Positions 9,404 through 17,650 of a DNA stretch of 24,271 nt are shown here, one piece after another (positions within the stretch are counted from its first letter, which is position 1; the number at the start of each line of letters is the position of its first letter). Position numbers and translations under genes: made by a program. The notes under the pieces are model-generated. The model did no database searches, was not told where the DNA came from, and was given only the letters and a program-made list of their open reading frames with translations. This DNA comes from a bacterium. GTDB lineage: Bacteria; Hinthialibacterota; Hinthialibacteria; Hinthialibacterales; Hinthialibacteraceae. The stretch spans positions 1-24,271 of the forward strand of contig JBHGBC010000089.1 of assembly GCA_041946805.1 (NCBI GenBank). The letters run 5' to 3'.

Positions 9404-9946
9404 TTGATCGAGGAATGGGTGGAGCAATGCCGCAACGGCCAGACGCGGGCGTACGCCCAGGTCGTGCAAGCCATGCAAAACCGGATCCTGGCCTTTCTCT
9501 TCCGGATGACCGGCAACCGCGAGACGGCGGAAGACCTCGGCCAGGAAGTGTTCCTGCGGGCCTACCGGCAACTTCACCGCTACGATCGAAAAAAAGCCGC
9601 TTTCTCCACCTGGCTGTTCACCCTGGCCCGGAACCTGTGTCTCGACGCGATGCGCAAGAAGCAGGCGGTTTGCGTGCCGTGGGACGAATCCGGCGGGGTG
9701 GACATCTGCCCGGATCCCAATCCGAGCGCGCGTCTCTACGAACAGGAACTGGAAAGACGGGTTGCCGCCTCGGTCGGAAGCCTCGATCCGGAGTACCGGG
9801 AAGTGTTCATCCTGCGGGAATATGAACAACTCCCGTTGGAGGAAATCAGCCAGGTCACGGGATGCCCGGTAGGAACGGTGAAATCCCGCCTGCACCGCGC
9901 GCGGCTGTTGTTGCAGGAAAAACTGACGCCGATTCTCAATCTTTAA
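9404..9946 (+). CDS. ECF RNA polymerase sigma-70 factor (SigW/RpoE-like)
   Basis: Region 2 (AEDLGQEVFLRAY, FSTWLFTLARNLCLD) and region 4 (LREYEQLPLEEIS...GTVKSRLHRAR). Start revised to TTG 9404 (AGGAGG at 9390-9395); the ORF-track start at 9311 would overlap the promoter. Confidence 0.93.
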   Translation: MIEEWVEQCRNGQTRAYAQVVQAMQNRILAFLFRMTGNRETAEDLGQEVFLRAYRQLHRYDRKKAAFSTWLFTLARNLCLDAMRKKQAVCVPWDESGGVDICPDPNPSARLYEQELERRVAASVGSLDPEYREVFILREYEQLPLEEISQVTGCPVGTVKSRLHRARLLLQEKLTPILNL

Positions 9947-9958
9947 GAGGGAAACAGA

Positions 9959-10528
9959 ATGAACAAGATTTGCCGGCAATATCAGGAATCGTATGGAGAG
10001 CCCCTCCTGCCGGAATCGACGCGGGAACACGCGTCCGTTTGTCCCGCCTGCCAGGAATTCACCCGGCGGCAGCAAGCGCTGGAAGCGAAGCTTCCCGCGT
10101 GGACCCCACCGGATTTTTCGCCGGATTTCACCCTGGCGGTGATGTCCCGCCTGGCGGAAGAGAAACAACACCCGGAAGGACTCGGCGCGAGACTCCGGCA
10201 TTGGATCCATATCCGGATCCCGGTTCCCTTGCCGGCCGGAGCGCTGGCTTCGCTGGTCTTGTTGATTTCCTTGGGGCTGAATATGTTCTTCTGGAGCCGC
10301 GAACAAGCCGGTCCTCGCGATACGCCCGCCGTCGCTCAGATTCCGGAAGCGTTTCCCACGCCGGTGGTAATGCAAACCAGCTTTCCGGCATCCTGGCCAC
10401 GGAGAGATTTCTTCAGTACAGGCGCTTTTTTGCTCATCCCTCTGGGTGACGTCCACTTCCCGATGGACTCCGGGGAGGCGCTCTCCATCCCCGGCAATGG
10501 GAACGCGCGGCCCAGCCAAGCGTATTGA
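9959..10528 (+). CDS. Zinc-binding anti-sigma factor (ZAS/zf-HC2 type), single transmembrane helix
   Basis: C5 plus HxxxCxxC (HASVCPAC); PPDF..AVM; TM segment ALASLVLLISLGLNMFFW. Starts 12 bp after the sigma gene with a GAGGG ribosome-binding site. Confidence 0.88.
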   Translation: MNKICRQYQESYGEPLLPESTREHASVCPACQEFTRRQQALEAKLPAWTPPDFSPDFTLAVMSRLAEEKQHPEGLGARLRHWIHIRIPVPLPAGALASLVLLISLGLNMFFWSREQAGPRDTPAVAQIPEAFPTPVVMQTSFPASWPRRDFFSTGAFLLIPLGDVHFPMDSGEALSIPGNGNARPSQAY

Positions 10529-10639
10529 TCACCGCGAGGCCGGAAAAGCAGGAGGGATTTCACGCGTGGTACGTTGAGAATGCAGAACATTCTCGGGGCT
10601 TTATTTGTTGGATGCGCCTTGATGGGGTTCCTGAAAGAT

Positions 10640-10683
10640 CCCCTCTCCCCCTGGGAGGGTTAGGGTGAGGGAAGCCCGGAAGG
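10640..10683 (-). repeat. REP-like repeat family B (CCCTCACCCTAACCCTCTCCC...GGGAGAGGG), reverse orientation, slightly shortened
   Basis: cccctctccccctgggagggttagggtgagggaagcccggaagg; shares the flank gaagcccggaa with the copy at 17583. Confidence 0.8.
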
Positions 10684-10873
10684 ATGGAATTCATCTTTTC
10701 TCTGTAAAGGAGTAAACAGTTACATTGAACAATGAAAGCCCGCTGACGAAATCATTGTTTCCTTTCCATCAGGGAGACCGCCGGGGTGTGGGCATTTTCT
10801 AAGCGCGAACCAAGGTGTCCGCCCGGATAGGATACGAGACAATCAATCCCAACAAAGGAAGGAGAACCAAATC

Positions 10874-12289
10874 ATGAAAAGAACCGCAATCCTGGCAAGT
10901 TGTCTGATGGTGGCGCTGGCGGGTTCGATGGCCTTCGCGGAGGACACGGAGCTGCGCGCCAAGGTGGAGGCCTTCTACCAAAAACTGGACCGGGCCACGG
11001 AAACCGAAAACCTGGATGAGTTCATGTCTTGCTTCACGCCGGATTATATGGAAGCGTGGGCGGGACCTAACCGGGCGCAGCTGAAGGCGATCATCACGAA
11101 GAACAACGCGGATCAGGAAAACATCACGGCGCGGCGGGAGTTCAAAAGCATCACCCGGGCGGGGAAGTTCATCCAGGTCTTGTCCCGCGTGGAGATCAAG
11201 GCGGACAAGGCCGGGGGCGGAAAGCACGAGATGAATCTGGATGAAGTCCAGTTCCTGATCCCGGACGGCGATTCGTTCAAAATTCAGAGCCGGGCCAACG
11301 CCAAACCCGAACAATACGCCAAATATCAGGGAAATACTTGCATGGACGACATCACCGGGATCCAATTTTCCGTACCCGAGGGCTGGGTATTGGTCCCGGG
11401 CGCCCATCCCTACATGCAGGGCGTCACCTTCATGCTCGCGCCGGACGGGACCAGCGCGGCCATGTTCGGTTACCTGGAGTTGCCTTCCAACCTGGGAGCG
11501 AAAGAAGGCCTGGAAGGTGACGACGCGGTCTGCAAAACCGTCGCCAAGGATTTCGAAAAGTTTCATGCCGGCGATTATACAGTGGGGAATCTCAAGGGAT
11601 ATGAGAGCATCACCCGCTTCACCATTCCCGGGGATGACCGCGACCGCAAGCGTTGGCGCGTGTATTTCACCGGCGGGGGGTTGCTGATCACGTTCAACTT
11701 CGACGCCATCCCCGCGGAAGGCTGGGACAGCGTGAAACCCGATTTTGAAAAAATCCTGGCATCCTTCTCGATGACTCCCGAAGCCCAAAAGGATGCCGCC
11801 AGCCAGGTCCGCGCCCTGACCGCCAAGGGAGAAGTGGCCGGCCAGATTTACAGCAACGACGAGCTGGGCTGCCAGATCGCCGCGCCGAAGGATTGGACGC
11901 TCAAAACCTCCACCCTCGGCTCGCAATTCAAATTCTTGGTGGATATCAATCCCCCCGCCGGCGAAAGCATCGTCCGGTTTTTGGCGGTGGACACCCAGGG
12001 TCAGGGCAGCCTGGAACAATTCATCAAGGGGGACATGGACGCGCTGAAGAAGATCTCCAAAGACGCGGAGCTCGGGGAGGTCCAGGACCTGGAACTCTCG
12101 GGGTATCCGGCCAAACTGCATGTGAGCCGTTTCGCGATTGAAGGATTGGGGAACATCAAGCGCAAGGCAGTCTATATCTTGGTGAAAAACATGCTGTATT
12201 GCATCGTCTGCGACGCCAAGCCGGCGTCCGAGTTCGACTCGGTGGAACCACACTTCGACGCGGTGATTCAATCTTTCACGATCAATTGA
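10874..12289 (+). CDS. Secreted protein: NTF2/SnoaL-like N-terminal domain plus two tandem PsbP/Mog1-like domains
   Basis: Strong RBS (AAGGAAGGAG) and signal peptide ending AFA. Two similar units begin DDITGIQFSVPEGW and NDELGCQIAAPKDW and end FEKILASFSM and FDAVIQSFTI. Fold names are inference. Confidence 0.75.
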   Translation: MKRTAILASCLMVALAGSMAFAEDTELRAKVEAFYQKLDRATETENLDEFMSCFTPDYMEAWAGPNRAQLKAIITKNNADQENITARREFKSITRAGKFIQVLSRVEIKADKAGGGKHEMNLDEVQFLIPDGDSFKIQSRANAKPEQYAKYQGNTCMDDITGIQFSVPEGWVLVPGAHPYMQGVTFMLAPDGTSAAMFGYLELPSNLGAKEGLEGDDAVCKTVAKDFEKFHAGDYTVGNLKGYESITRFTIPGDDRDRKRWRVYFTGGGLLITFNFDAIPAEGWDSVKPDFEKILASFSMTPEAQKDAASQVRALTAKGEVAGQIYSNDELGCQIAAPKDWTLKTSTLGSQFKFLVDINPPAGESIVRFLAVDTQGQGSLEQFIKGDMDALKKISKDAELGEVQDLELSGYPAKLHVSRFAIEGLGNIKRKAVYILVKNMLYCIVCDAKPASEFDSVEPHFDAVIQSFTIN

Positions 12290-12294
12290 GCTGG

Positions 12295-12366
12295 AGAGGG
12301 GCGGACCTCGATGTCCGCCCCTGTCAACATTCCCTAACCCTAACCCTCTCCCAGAGGCAGAGGGAA
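12295..12366 (+). repeat. Composite REP element: family A hairpin followed by family B
   Basis: aggggcggacctcgatgtccgcccct (about 12297-12322), then tccctaaccctaaccctctcccagaggcagagggaa (12331-12366), directly after the stop codon. Confidence 0.82.
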
Positions 12367-12416
12367 CCGGTTCCCGGTTTGATGACCGGACGAGGGCGTC
12401 AACGGATCAAATGAAT

Positions 12417-12444
12417 CTGACCATGGAGTCGAAACACCTATAAT
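12417..12444 (+). promoter_or_regulatory. Possible sigma-70 promoter for the 12463 gene
   Basis: Perfect TATAAT at 12439-12444 with CTGACC 16 bp upstream; the -35 match is weak. Confidence 0.3.
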
Positions 12445-12462
12445 CGGCTGAAAGAAACGATC

Positions 12463-13203
12463 ATGCGTTCCTCTCTTCCTCACCGTCTCTATTTCTCCAC
12501 GGGTATCCTAGCGGGAATTCTCCTCCTGTGGCCCTCGCTGAAGGTTCAAGGCCAAGCCGTTCCGGAGATTTCCGGCGAGGCGGTCCTCGAGACGGCGGAC
12601 GGCATGATCGTGGCGGGCGTCATTCAGGGCGCCAGCGGGCCGCATACCGTGCTGGCCACCCCGTTCGGCGAGTTGCGCGTGCCGGTGGACCAGATCCGGC
12701 GCATCAACGGCGATCTCTTCACGCCGGACCGGGGGATCATCCGGGAACATAATGTCACGCTCTCTCCGGACGGCGGCGCGGTGGTGGACTATTTGCAACC
12801 GGTCCCCGGCCGGGCGGAGAGCGAATCGGTCCAAATCCTGATCCAGGGAAAAGTATTGGAAATCAAAGACCTGCAGGACGATCCGCTCGCGTTCCTGTCC
12901 CAGGAATTTGACGGATTCAGCCGTTGCACGGTGCAATGGCCCCACTACCGGCTGCCGGCGGTGCGGGTCCGAACGCTGCAGCCGGAAGCCGCCATGCATG
13001 AAAACGGTCGAATACAATACATCTACCGCTACACGCCCCGCTCCGATCAAACCTTCCGGCTGAAACTGACCCTCCCCCCGGGAGCCCGCGAACTCCAAAC
13101 CTCGCCCGATCCGCTCCGCTTGAACGAAAACCAGATTCTCTGGGAACAAGCCGCGCGGCGGCAACAAAAACTGGTGTTTCAGATTTCGTACCGGCTGGAC
13201 TGA
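12463..13203 (+). CDS. Hypothetical secreted protein (small N-terminal beta module plus beta-sandwich-like region)
   Basis: Signal-like N-terminus (GILAGILLLWPSLKVQG); pattern LETADG..VAGVI...LATPFGELRVPVDQIRRI; fills the gap between repeats co-directionally with its neighbours. Confidence 0.75.
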   Translation: MRSSLPHRLYFSTGILAGILLLWPSLKVQGQAVPEISGEAVLETADGMIVAGVIQGASGPHTVLATPFGELRVPVDQIRRINGDLFTPDRGIIREHNVTLSPDGGAVVDYLQPVPGRAESESVQILIQGKVLEIKDLQDDPLAFLSQEFDGFSRCTVQWPHYRLPAVRVRTLQPEAAMHENGRIQYIYRYTPRSDQTFRLKLTLPPGARELQTSPDPLRLNENQILWEQAARRQQKLVFQISYRLD

Positions 13204-13443
13204 TGGAAATCACATTGATCCTTCACCGTGCGCTTCCCATCCACACCCTATTCACCCAGAATTAATTCGACCGCCGCGATGAAAAAAACACCCGCTTTGA
13301 GGTTGAATCAGTCGATAAATCTAGATCCAGCCGGGTCTCCGTAGTATATATGTATAGATGATAACTAGAATTTCAGCGGATTGTCATGTTTTTTCAATTG
13401 ACCTCGATGAGGTATACACTGCCAATATAGGAGGACCGAGAGT

Positions 13444-14220
13444 ATGAGGAAGCCTGTAGTAATGAAATTGGTGTTGCTGGGTTTGTTCATGGTGTTCACC
13501 GTAAGCCCTCAAGCGCAGCTGGTCAAAAAGATTAATTTTTCCGCGGCGGAAGGGTACACAGACGGCTTGCTGGCCGGTCAGCCGGCAGGCAGCGGCGCCC
13601 AATGGACCGAGGCGAGCGCGGTCCAAGGCGAAAATGTTTTCACCGTGAAGAACGAAGCCATGTTCGTTCATCCGGACGGGACCAGCGTCATTTGGTTGTA
13701 TATGCCTTTCCCCGCACAGAAGAAAAACATCATCACCGTCACCTGGGATTGGCAGTATTTCGGTCCCCCAGAAAAGAAAATGGATTTGGGTTTCACCACC
13801 ACCGACACGGTGAACTTCCTGGCCGATGGGGATCCCATGACGGTGTTCAACGAACAATGCACCCCCACCCGCATGGGCGATGTGGTCGACGCCCGCCGGG
13901 GTAACGACCTGGTCGGCGGCGGGGATTGGATCTCCGACAACGGCGTCGAGTATCGCGACGGGGTGCTGGTGCATATGCGGATGGTCGTCAACAGCACGGA
14001 TTGGGTCTTCGACGTGTACGCGCAGCGGGAAGGTGAAGAGGAAGTCTTGGTCGCGGCCGATTTTCTATTCCGGCGGGCGCCCAGCGTGGAGACCGACGGC
14101 GTGAACGCCATCTCGATGTGGCTCAACGGGGGGGATCCCGAAACCAGCGTGGTGCTGGACAACATCCTCATCGTGGGCCCCAATCCCATCACCGGTGTCA
14201 GCGATTGGAATTTGTATTGA
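13444..14220 (+). CDS. Secreted hypothetical protein, predicted beta-sandwich, ending in the tail PNPITGVSDWNLY
   Basis: AGGAGG RBS; signal peptide ending PQA; FSAAEGYTDGLLAGQP...W at the start and VVLDNILI at the end of the domain; followed by a terminator. Confidence 0.85.
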   Translation: MRKPVVMKLVLLGLFMVFTVSPQAQLVKKINFSAAEGYTDGLLAGQPAGSGAQWTEASAVQGENVFTVKNEAMFVHPDGTSVIWLYMPFPAQKKNIITVTWDWQYFGPPEKKMDLGFTTTDTVNFLADGDPMTVFNEQCTPTRMGDVVDARRGNDLVGGGDWISDNGVEYRDGVLVHMRMVVNSTDWVFDVYAQREGEEEVLVAADFLFRRAPSVETDGVNAISMWLNGGDPETSVVLDNILIVGPNPITGVSDWNLY

Positions 14221-14254
14221 TGATCAACCAATAGGCCGCAGGCACAGATGCAAG

Positions 14255-14289
14255 AAGGGTGGGCGAATTCTCGTTGCCCACCCTTTTTT
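14255..14289 (+). terminator. Rho-independent terminator
   Basis: Stem aagggtgggc (14255-14264) / gcccaccctt (14276-14285) running into a T6 tract, about 35 bp after the stop, between convergent genes. Confidence 0.8.
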
Positions 14290-14312
14290 AGGGTTCATCC
14301 GGGAAGTAATCC

Positions 14313-14350
14313 GGGCGGACACCAAGGTCCGCCCCTCCCAATTCCCTCAC
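14313..14350 (+). repeat. Family A REP hairpin plus truncated start of family B
   Basis: gggcggacaccaaggtccgcccctcc followed by caattccctcac; same layout as 20357-20424 and 23291-23356. Confidence 0.75.
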
Positions 14351-15303
14351 GCGCGGCCGGTTTTTTCCAGGATGGCTTTCCGGTAGAATGCGGCCGCGGC
14401 CTCGGCGATGCCTTCGGCGTCTATCTGATAATGCCGGTAGAGTTCCTTCTCGCCGCCGGATTGCCCGAAAGTGTCCAAGATCCCCCAGCGCTTGACGGGC
14501 ACGGGATGACGCTCGGCCGCCACCTCGGCGACGGCGGAACCGAGTCCCCCGATAATGGTATGGTCCTCCACGGTGAAGAGGCAGCCGGTCTCGCGGGCGC
14601 AACGGACGATCAAATCCTCATCGATGGGTTTCAGGGTATGAATATTGACCACGCGGGCGTCGATTTTTTCCGCGGCCAGTTTCTCCCGGGCTTGGAGGGC
14701 TGGCTGGACCGTGCCCCCGGCCGCGATGATCGTCAGGTCCGTGCCGGGAGCCAGTTGGACGCCTTGGCCGGGCTGAAAGGCATAATCCGGCCCGTTCACG
14801 TCCGCCAGTTTTTGCCGGGTGAGACGGATGTAGACCGGGCCGTCGTGATCGGCGGCAAACGCCACGGCCTGCTTGGTCTCGATTTCATCGGCGGGTTGCA
14901 GGACCGTCATGCCGGGGATGGTGCGCATGAGGGCGATGTCTTCCAGGCCCATCTGGCTGTGGCCGTCTTCGCCGATGCCGACGCCCGCGTGCGTGCCGAT
15001 GATCTTGACGTTGGCCTGGCTGTATCCCACTGACATGCGGATGGTGTCGAAGCGGCCGGTGATGAAGCAGGCGAAACTGCACACGAAGGGGATTTTGCCG
15101 GCGAGGGCCAGGCCCGCGCCCGCGCCGATCATGTTGGCCTCGGCGATGCCGAATTCAAAGAAGCGGTCGGGATATTTATCCGCGAAGAGGCAGGTCATGG
15201 TGGATTTGCTGAGGTCGGCGTCCAGCACCACCACCCGCGGATTCTTCGCGCCGATCTCCACCAGGGCTTCACCAAACGCTTGCCGGGTTGCTTTTGCTGC
15301 CAT
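14347..15303 (-). CDS. tkt: Transketolase, C-terminal subunit (pyrimidine-binding and C-terminal domains)
   Basis: ATRQAFGEAL, LDADLSKST, GIAEANM, GEDGHSQMGLED, GPVYIRL, TVEDH..IGGLGSAVAE; AAGGA RBS. Confidence 0.95.
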   Translation of the reverse strand: MAAKATRQAFGEALVEIGAKNPRVVVLDADLSKSTMTCLFADKYPDRFFEFGIAEANMIGAGAGLALAGKIPFVCSFACFITGRFDTIRMSVGYSQANVKIIGTHAGVGIGEDGHSQMGLEDIALMRTIPGMTVLQPADEIETKQAVAFAADHDGPVYIRLTRQKLADVNGPDYAFQPGQGVQLAPGTDLTIIAAGGTVQPALQAREKLAAEKIDARVVNIHTLKPIDEDLIVRCARETGCLFTVEDHTIIGGLGSAVAEVAAERHPVPVKRWGILDTFGQSGGEKELYRHYQIDAEGIAEAAAAFYRKAILEKTGRA

Positions 15304-15545
15304 GATGTCCTTCCGTTCTATTTCACTTTGATCCTAGATTCATTGGGTCCTGTTGAGTTTTTCCATGTTGATATAAAACAAATATATGTAACACCCAATC
15401 CGGAGGCACACTGGGTATGTGCATCACCCTCTCCGGGCTTCCCGTACATTCCTCCAGCCTTATTGTGGCGCGGGGATTTTGCCTGCGCCTCATCCCCCTC
15501 GTGGCTCGATCCACCAACGAATGCGCCAAAATCCACTCCCCGATC

Positions 15546-16379
15546 TCAGACGGCCGCCAGTTCCCGCACGGCTTTCTCCATCTGCTCGCGCGTGGGGGCC
15601 TTGCCGTGCCAGCTGACATCGTTTTCCATGAACGAAACGCCCTTGCCCTTGACTGTCTTGGCCCAGATCAACGTGGGATGTCCCTTCATCGTCCGGGCTT
15701 CGTCCAGGGCCGTCAGGATCTGTTCCAGGTCATGCCCGTTGATCGAGACGACGTTCCAATTGAACGCGCGCCACTTGGCGTCGATGGGCGTGATGGGCAT
15801 CACGTCTTCCACGTAGCCGTCGATCTGGCCGTTGTTGTTATCCAGAATCACGGTCAGGTTGTCGAGGCCGAACTTGCCCGCCGCCATCGCCGCTTCCCAG
15901 ATCTGGCCTTCCTGCGATTCGCCGTCGCCGATCAGGCAATAAACCCGCCAGGAGGCCTGGTCCAGTTTCGCGGCCAGCGCCATGCCCAGGGCGATGGAAA
16001 GCCCCTGCCCCAGCGATCCGGTGGAGGCCTCGATGGCCGCGAGCCGCGCGCGGTCGGGGTGGCCTTGCAGGGGCGAGTTCAGCTTGCGCAGCGTCATCAG
16101 TTCGGACTCATCCAAATACCCGGCCAGGGCCAGGGCGGCGTACCAAGCGGGGATGCAATGCCCCTTGGACATGATGAAACGGTCCCGCTCCGGCCATTGG
16201 GGATTTTGGGGATCATGCCGCATGACTCCAAAAAGCAGAGCGGCCACGAGATCCGCCGCCGAAAGGGATCCTCCCGGATGGCCGGAACCGGCCTCGGTGA
16301 GCATCTTCACCGCATGGATGCGGATGGCGCGCGCGCGTTCTTGCAACATGGCGATATTGCGGGTGAGCGGAAATACCAT
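15546..16379 (-). CDS. tkt: Transketolase, N-terminal (ThDP-binding) subunit
   Basis: SGHPGGSLS, RDRFIMSKGH, LQGHP, STGSLGQG, ThDP motif GDGESQEG...DNN, TVKGKGVSFME...WHG. Start set at ATG 16379 (AAGGA RBS upstream). Confidence 0.95.
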   Translation of the reverse strand: MVFPLTRNIAMLQERARAIRIHAVKMLTEAGSGHPGGSLSAADLVAALLFGVMRHDPQNPQWPERDRFIMSKGHCIPAWYAALALAGYLDESELMTLRKLNSPLQGHPDRARLAAIEASTGSLGQGLSIALGMALAAKLDQASWRVYCLIGDGESQEGQIWEAAMAAGKFGLDNLTVILDNNNGQIDGYVEDVMPITPIDAKWRAFNWNVVSINGHDLEQILTALDEARTMKGHPTLIWAKTVKGKGVSFMENDVSWHGKAPTREQMEKAVRELAAV

Positions 16380-16606
16380 GGTGGAATCCTTATGTGGAAA
16401 TATATCCAAAAATGGAGATTTTCATCGGAATGTACGGCCATTCGTCATCACAAATCCGGGAATTCCTTCGGGGAGGAAATTCTACAAAAAATACCTTTCG
16501 CCCGGCATCCCAGGCCAATGAATAAACCATAAGTTTACTCCCATGATTCGATAAAGGAAGCCGCGCGAAAGACTAGATCATCCAGCCCGGGGATCATGTC
16601 CCGGAT

Positions 16607-17221
16607 TCACAGCGCGTTGTTGATTTCGCTTTGCCGGTTGGCGGGGGTGACGCCGCCCACGATGCCGATGTCCCCGGCGCTGATAAGCCCGTTGGAGGGG
16701 TGATAAATCATCCCCTTGTTGCCCGCGCCCACGGCATACCACTCGAGGGCGGTCTGGGCCTTGTCCGGGCCGAAGCTGTAGAGGAGATAGCCTTCCGTGG
16801 ACATATCGCCCAATCCCGCGCGGCCGACCCAGGTGCTGGCGGGTTTGGCCGGGTAGTATTTAAAGCCAAAATATTTGTACGTTTTCTGCAGTTCGAAGGA
16901 CGAGCCGAAGCTGAATTTATCCGCGCCGCCGAAGGGATCGAACATGGCCACCGTGGAAATATACGCCACGGGCGTGGTCAGTTCGGTCAGTTGGCTGAGC
17001 AGATCCGGCCCCGGACCCAGGGGATAGGCGTTGCGGTCGAGGTGGTACATTTCGATGGCGTTGCCGACGGCCTTGAGGTCGCCCTTGACGCGCGCCACCT
17101 TGGCCCGCACCTGGGCGTTGAGAAAATTGGGAACCGCGATCGCGGCCAGAACGCCGATAATGGCCACAACGATCAACAATTCGATGAGGGTAAATCCGGG
17201 GGATTTCTTTTCGGGAATCAT
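16607..17221 (-). CDS. Prepilin-type N-terminal cleavage/methylation protein (GspG/type IV pilin-like), paralog 1
   Basis: KKSPG|FTLIELLIVVAIIGVLAAIAVPNF class III signal with E5; later LTTPVAY, DPF, SFGPD and YHPSNGLISAGDI. Start is ATG 17221 or the ORF-track start at 17260. Confidence 0.9.
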   Translation of the reverse strand: MIPEKKSPGFTLIELLIVVAIIGVLAAIAVPNFLNAQVRAKVARVKGDLKAVGNAIEMYHLDRNAYPLGPGPDLLSQLTELTTPVAYISTVAMFDPFGGADKFSFGSSFELQKTYKYFGFKYYPAKPASTWVGRAGLGDMSTEGYLLYSFGPDKAQTALEWYAVGAGNKGMIYHPSNGLISAGDIGIVGGVTPANRQSEINNAL

Positions 17222-17398
17222 CAGCGAATCCTTAGCTTTCCTAGGGATTGAGACTATCAAGCACGCGAATCGTATCAGGATGAATGGATCAATTTTCCAT
17301 CATTTTAAACGGTTTTCCAAGGAAGCGGGCATCATTTCGGCCTAAAGAGATGAAAAGAAGGGCGGCGTCCAATCGGAACCATCCATTTTTCACATTCC

Positions 17399-17559
17399 AA
17401 CCGTAGGCTGCCGCCCGCGGTTATACATATTCATCCCCTGTGGGATGAAATTGCTTGGATTCGGTTGCGTTTTCGCGATGAATGATTGAATGGAAAGCGG
17501 CACTGCCTTTCTAGCGCCATCGGCGCGGCATGTGCGTAGCCCAGGGTGTAAGCCCTGGG
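17399..17559. repeat. Two double-hairpin REP-like elements in mirrored layout (family C and relative)
   Basis: aaccgtagg..cccgcggtt (17399-17422) plus ttcatccc/gggatgaa (17430-17449); then gcgcc/ggcgc (17514-17526) plus gtagcccagggtgtaagccctggg (17536-17559), the latter an inverted relative of 23197 and 24247. Confidence 0.65.
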
Positions 17560-17582
17560 GAAAAGCCGGGAAAAGCAATCAT

Positions 17583-17629
17583 TCCCTCTCCCTCTGGGAG
17601 AGGGTGAGGGTGAGGGAAGCCCGGAAAGG
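17583..17629 (-). repeat. REP-like repeat family B, reverse orientation
   Basis: tccctctccctctgggagagggtgagggtgagggaagcccggaaagg. Confidence 0.85.
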
Positions 17630-17650
17630 GCGCAACAGAACCTGGCCGGA

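Noticed and set aside
10728..10759. aacaatga/tcattgtt inverted repeat enclosing GAAA and CTGACGA, reminiscent of a hammerhead ribozyme core
   Set aside because: Only 5 nt separate GAAA from CUGACGA, leaving no room for stems I and III; it is a plain hairpin or operator at best.
10799..12271. Long antisense or alternative-frame ORFs (also 1056-2018, 2015-3256, 4526-5596, 7647-8843, 9386-10519, 15417-16532)
   Set aside because: They shadow well-supported genes, carry no recognisable motifs, and are expected from GC-rich codon bias.
15318..15536. 72-aa ORF between the transketolase halves
   Set aside because: No recognisable motif and it runs through an AT-rich non-coding-like tract; it cannot be supported without homologs, though it is not strictly excluded.
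15474..15545. Resemblance of tggcg...gtgg..ccac..gggg (minus strand) to the ZMP/ZTP riboswitch
   Set aside because: The required downstream CGCCUGGG pseudoknot hairpin is absent and the gene context does not fit.
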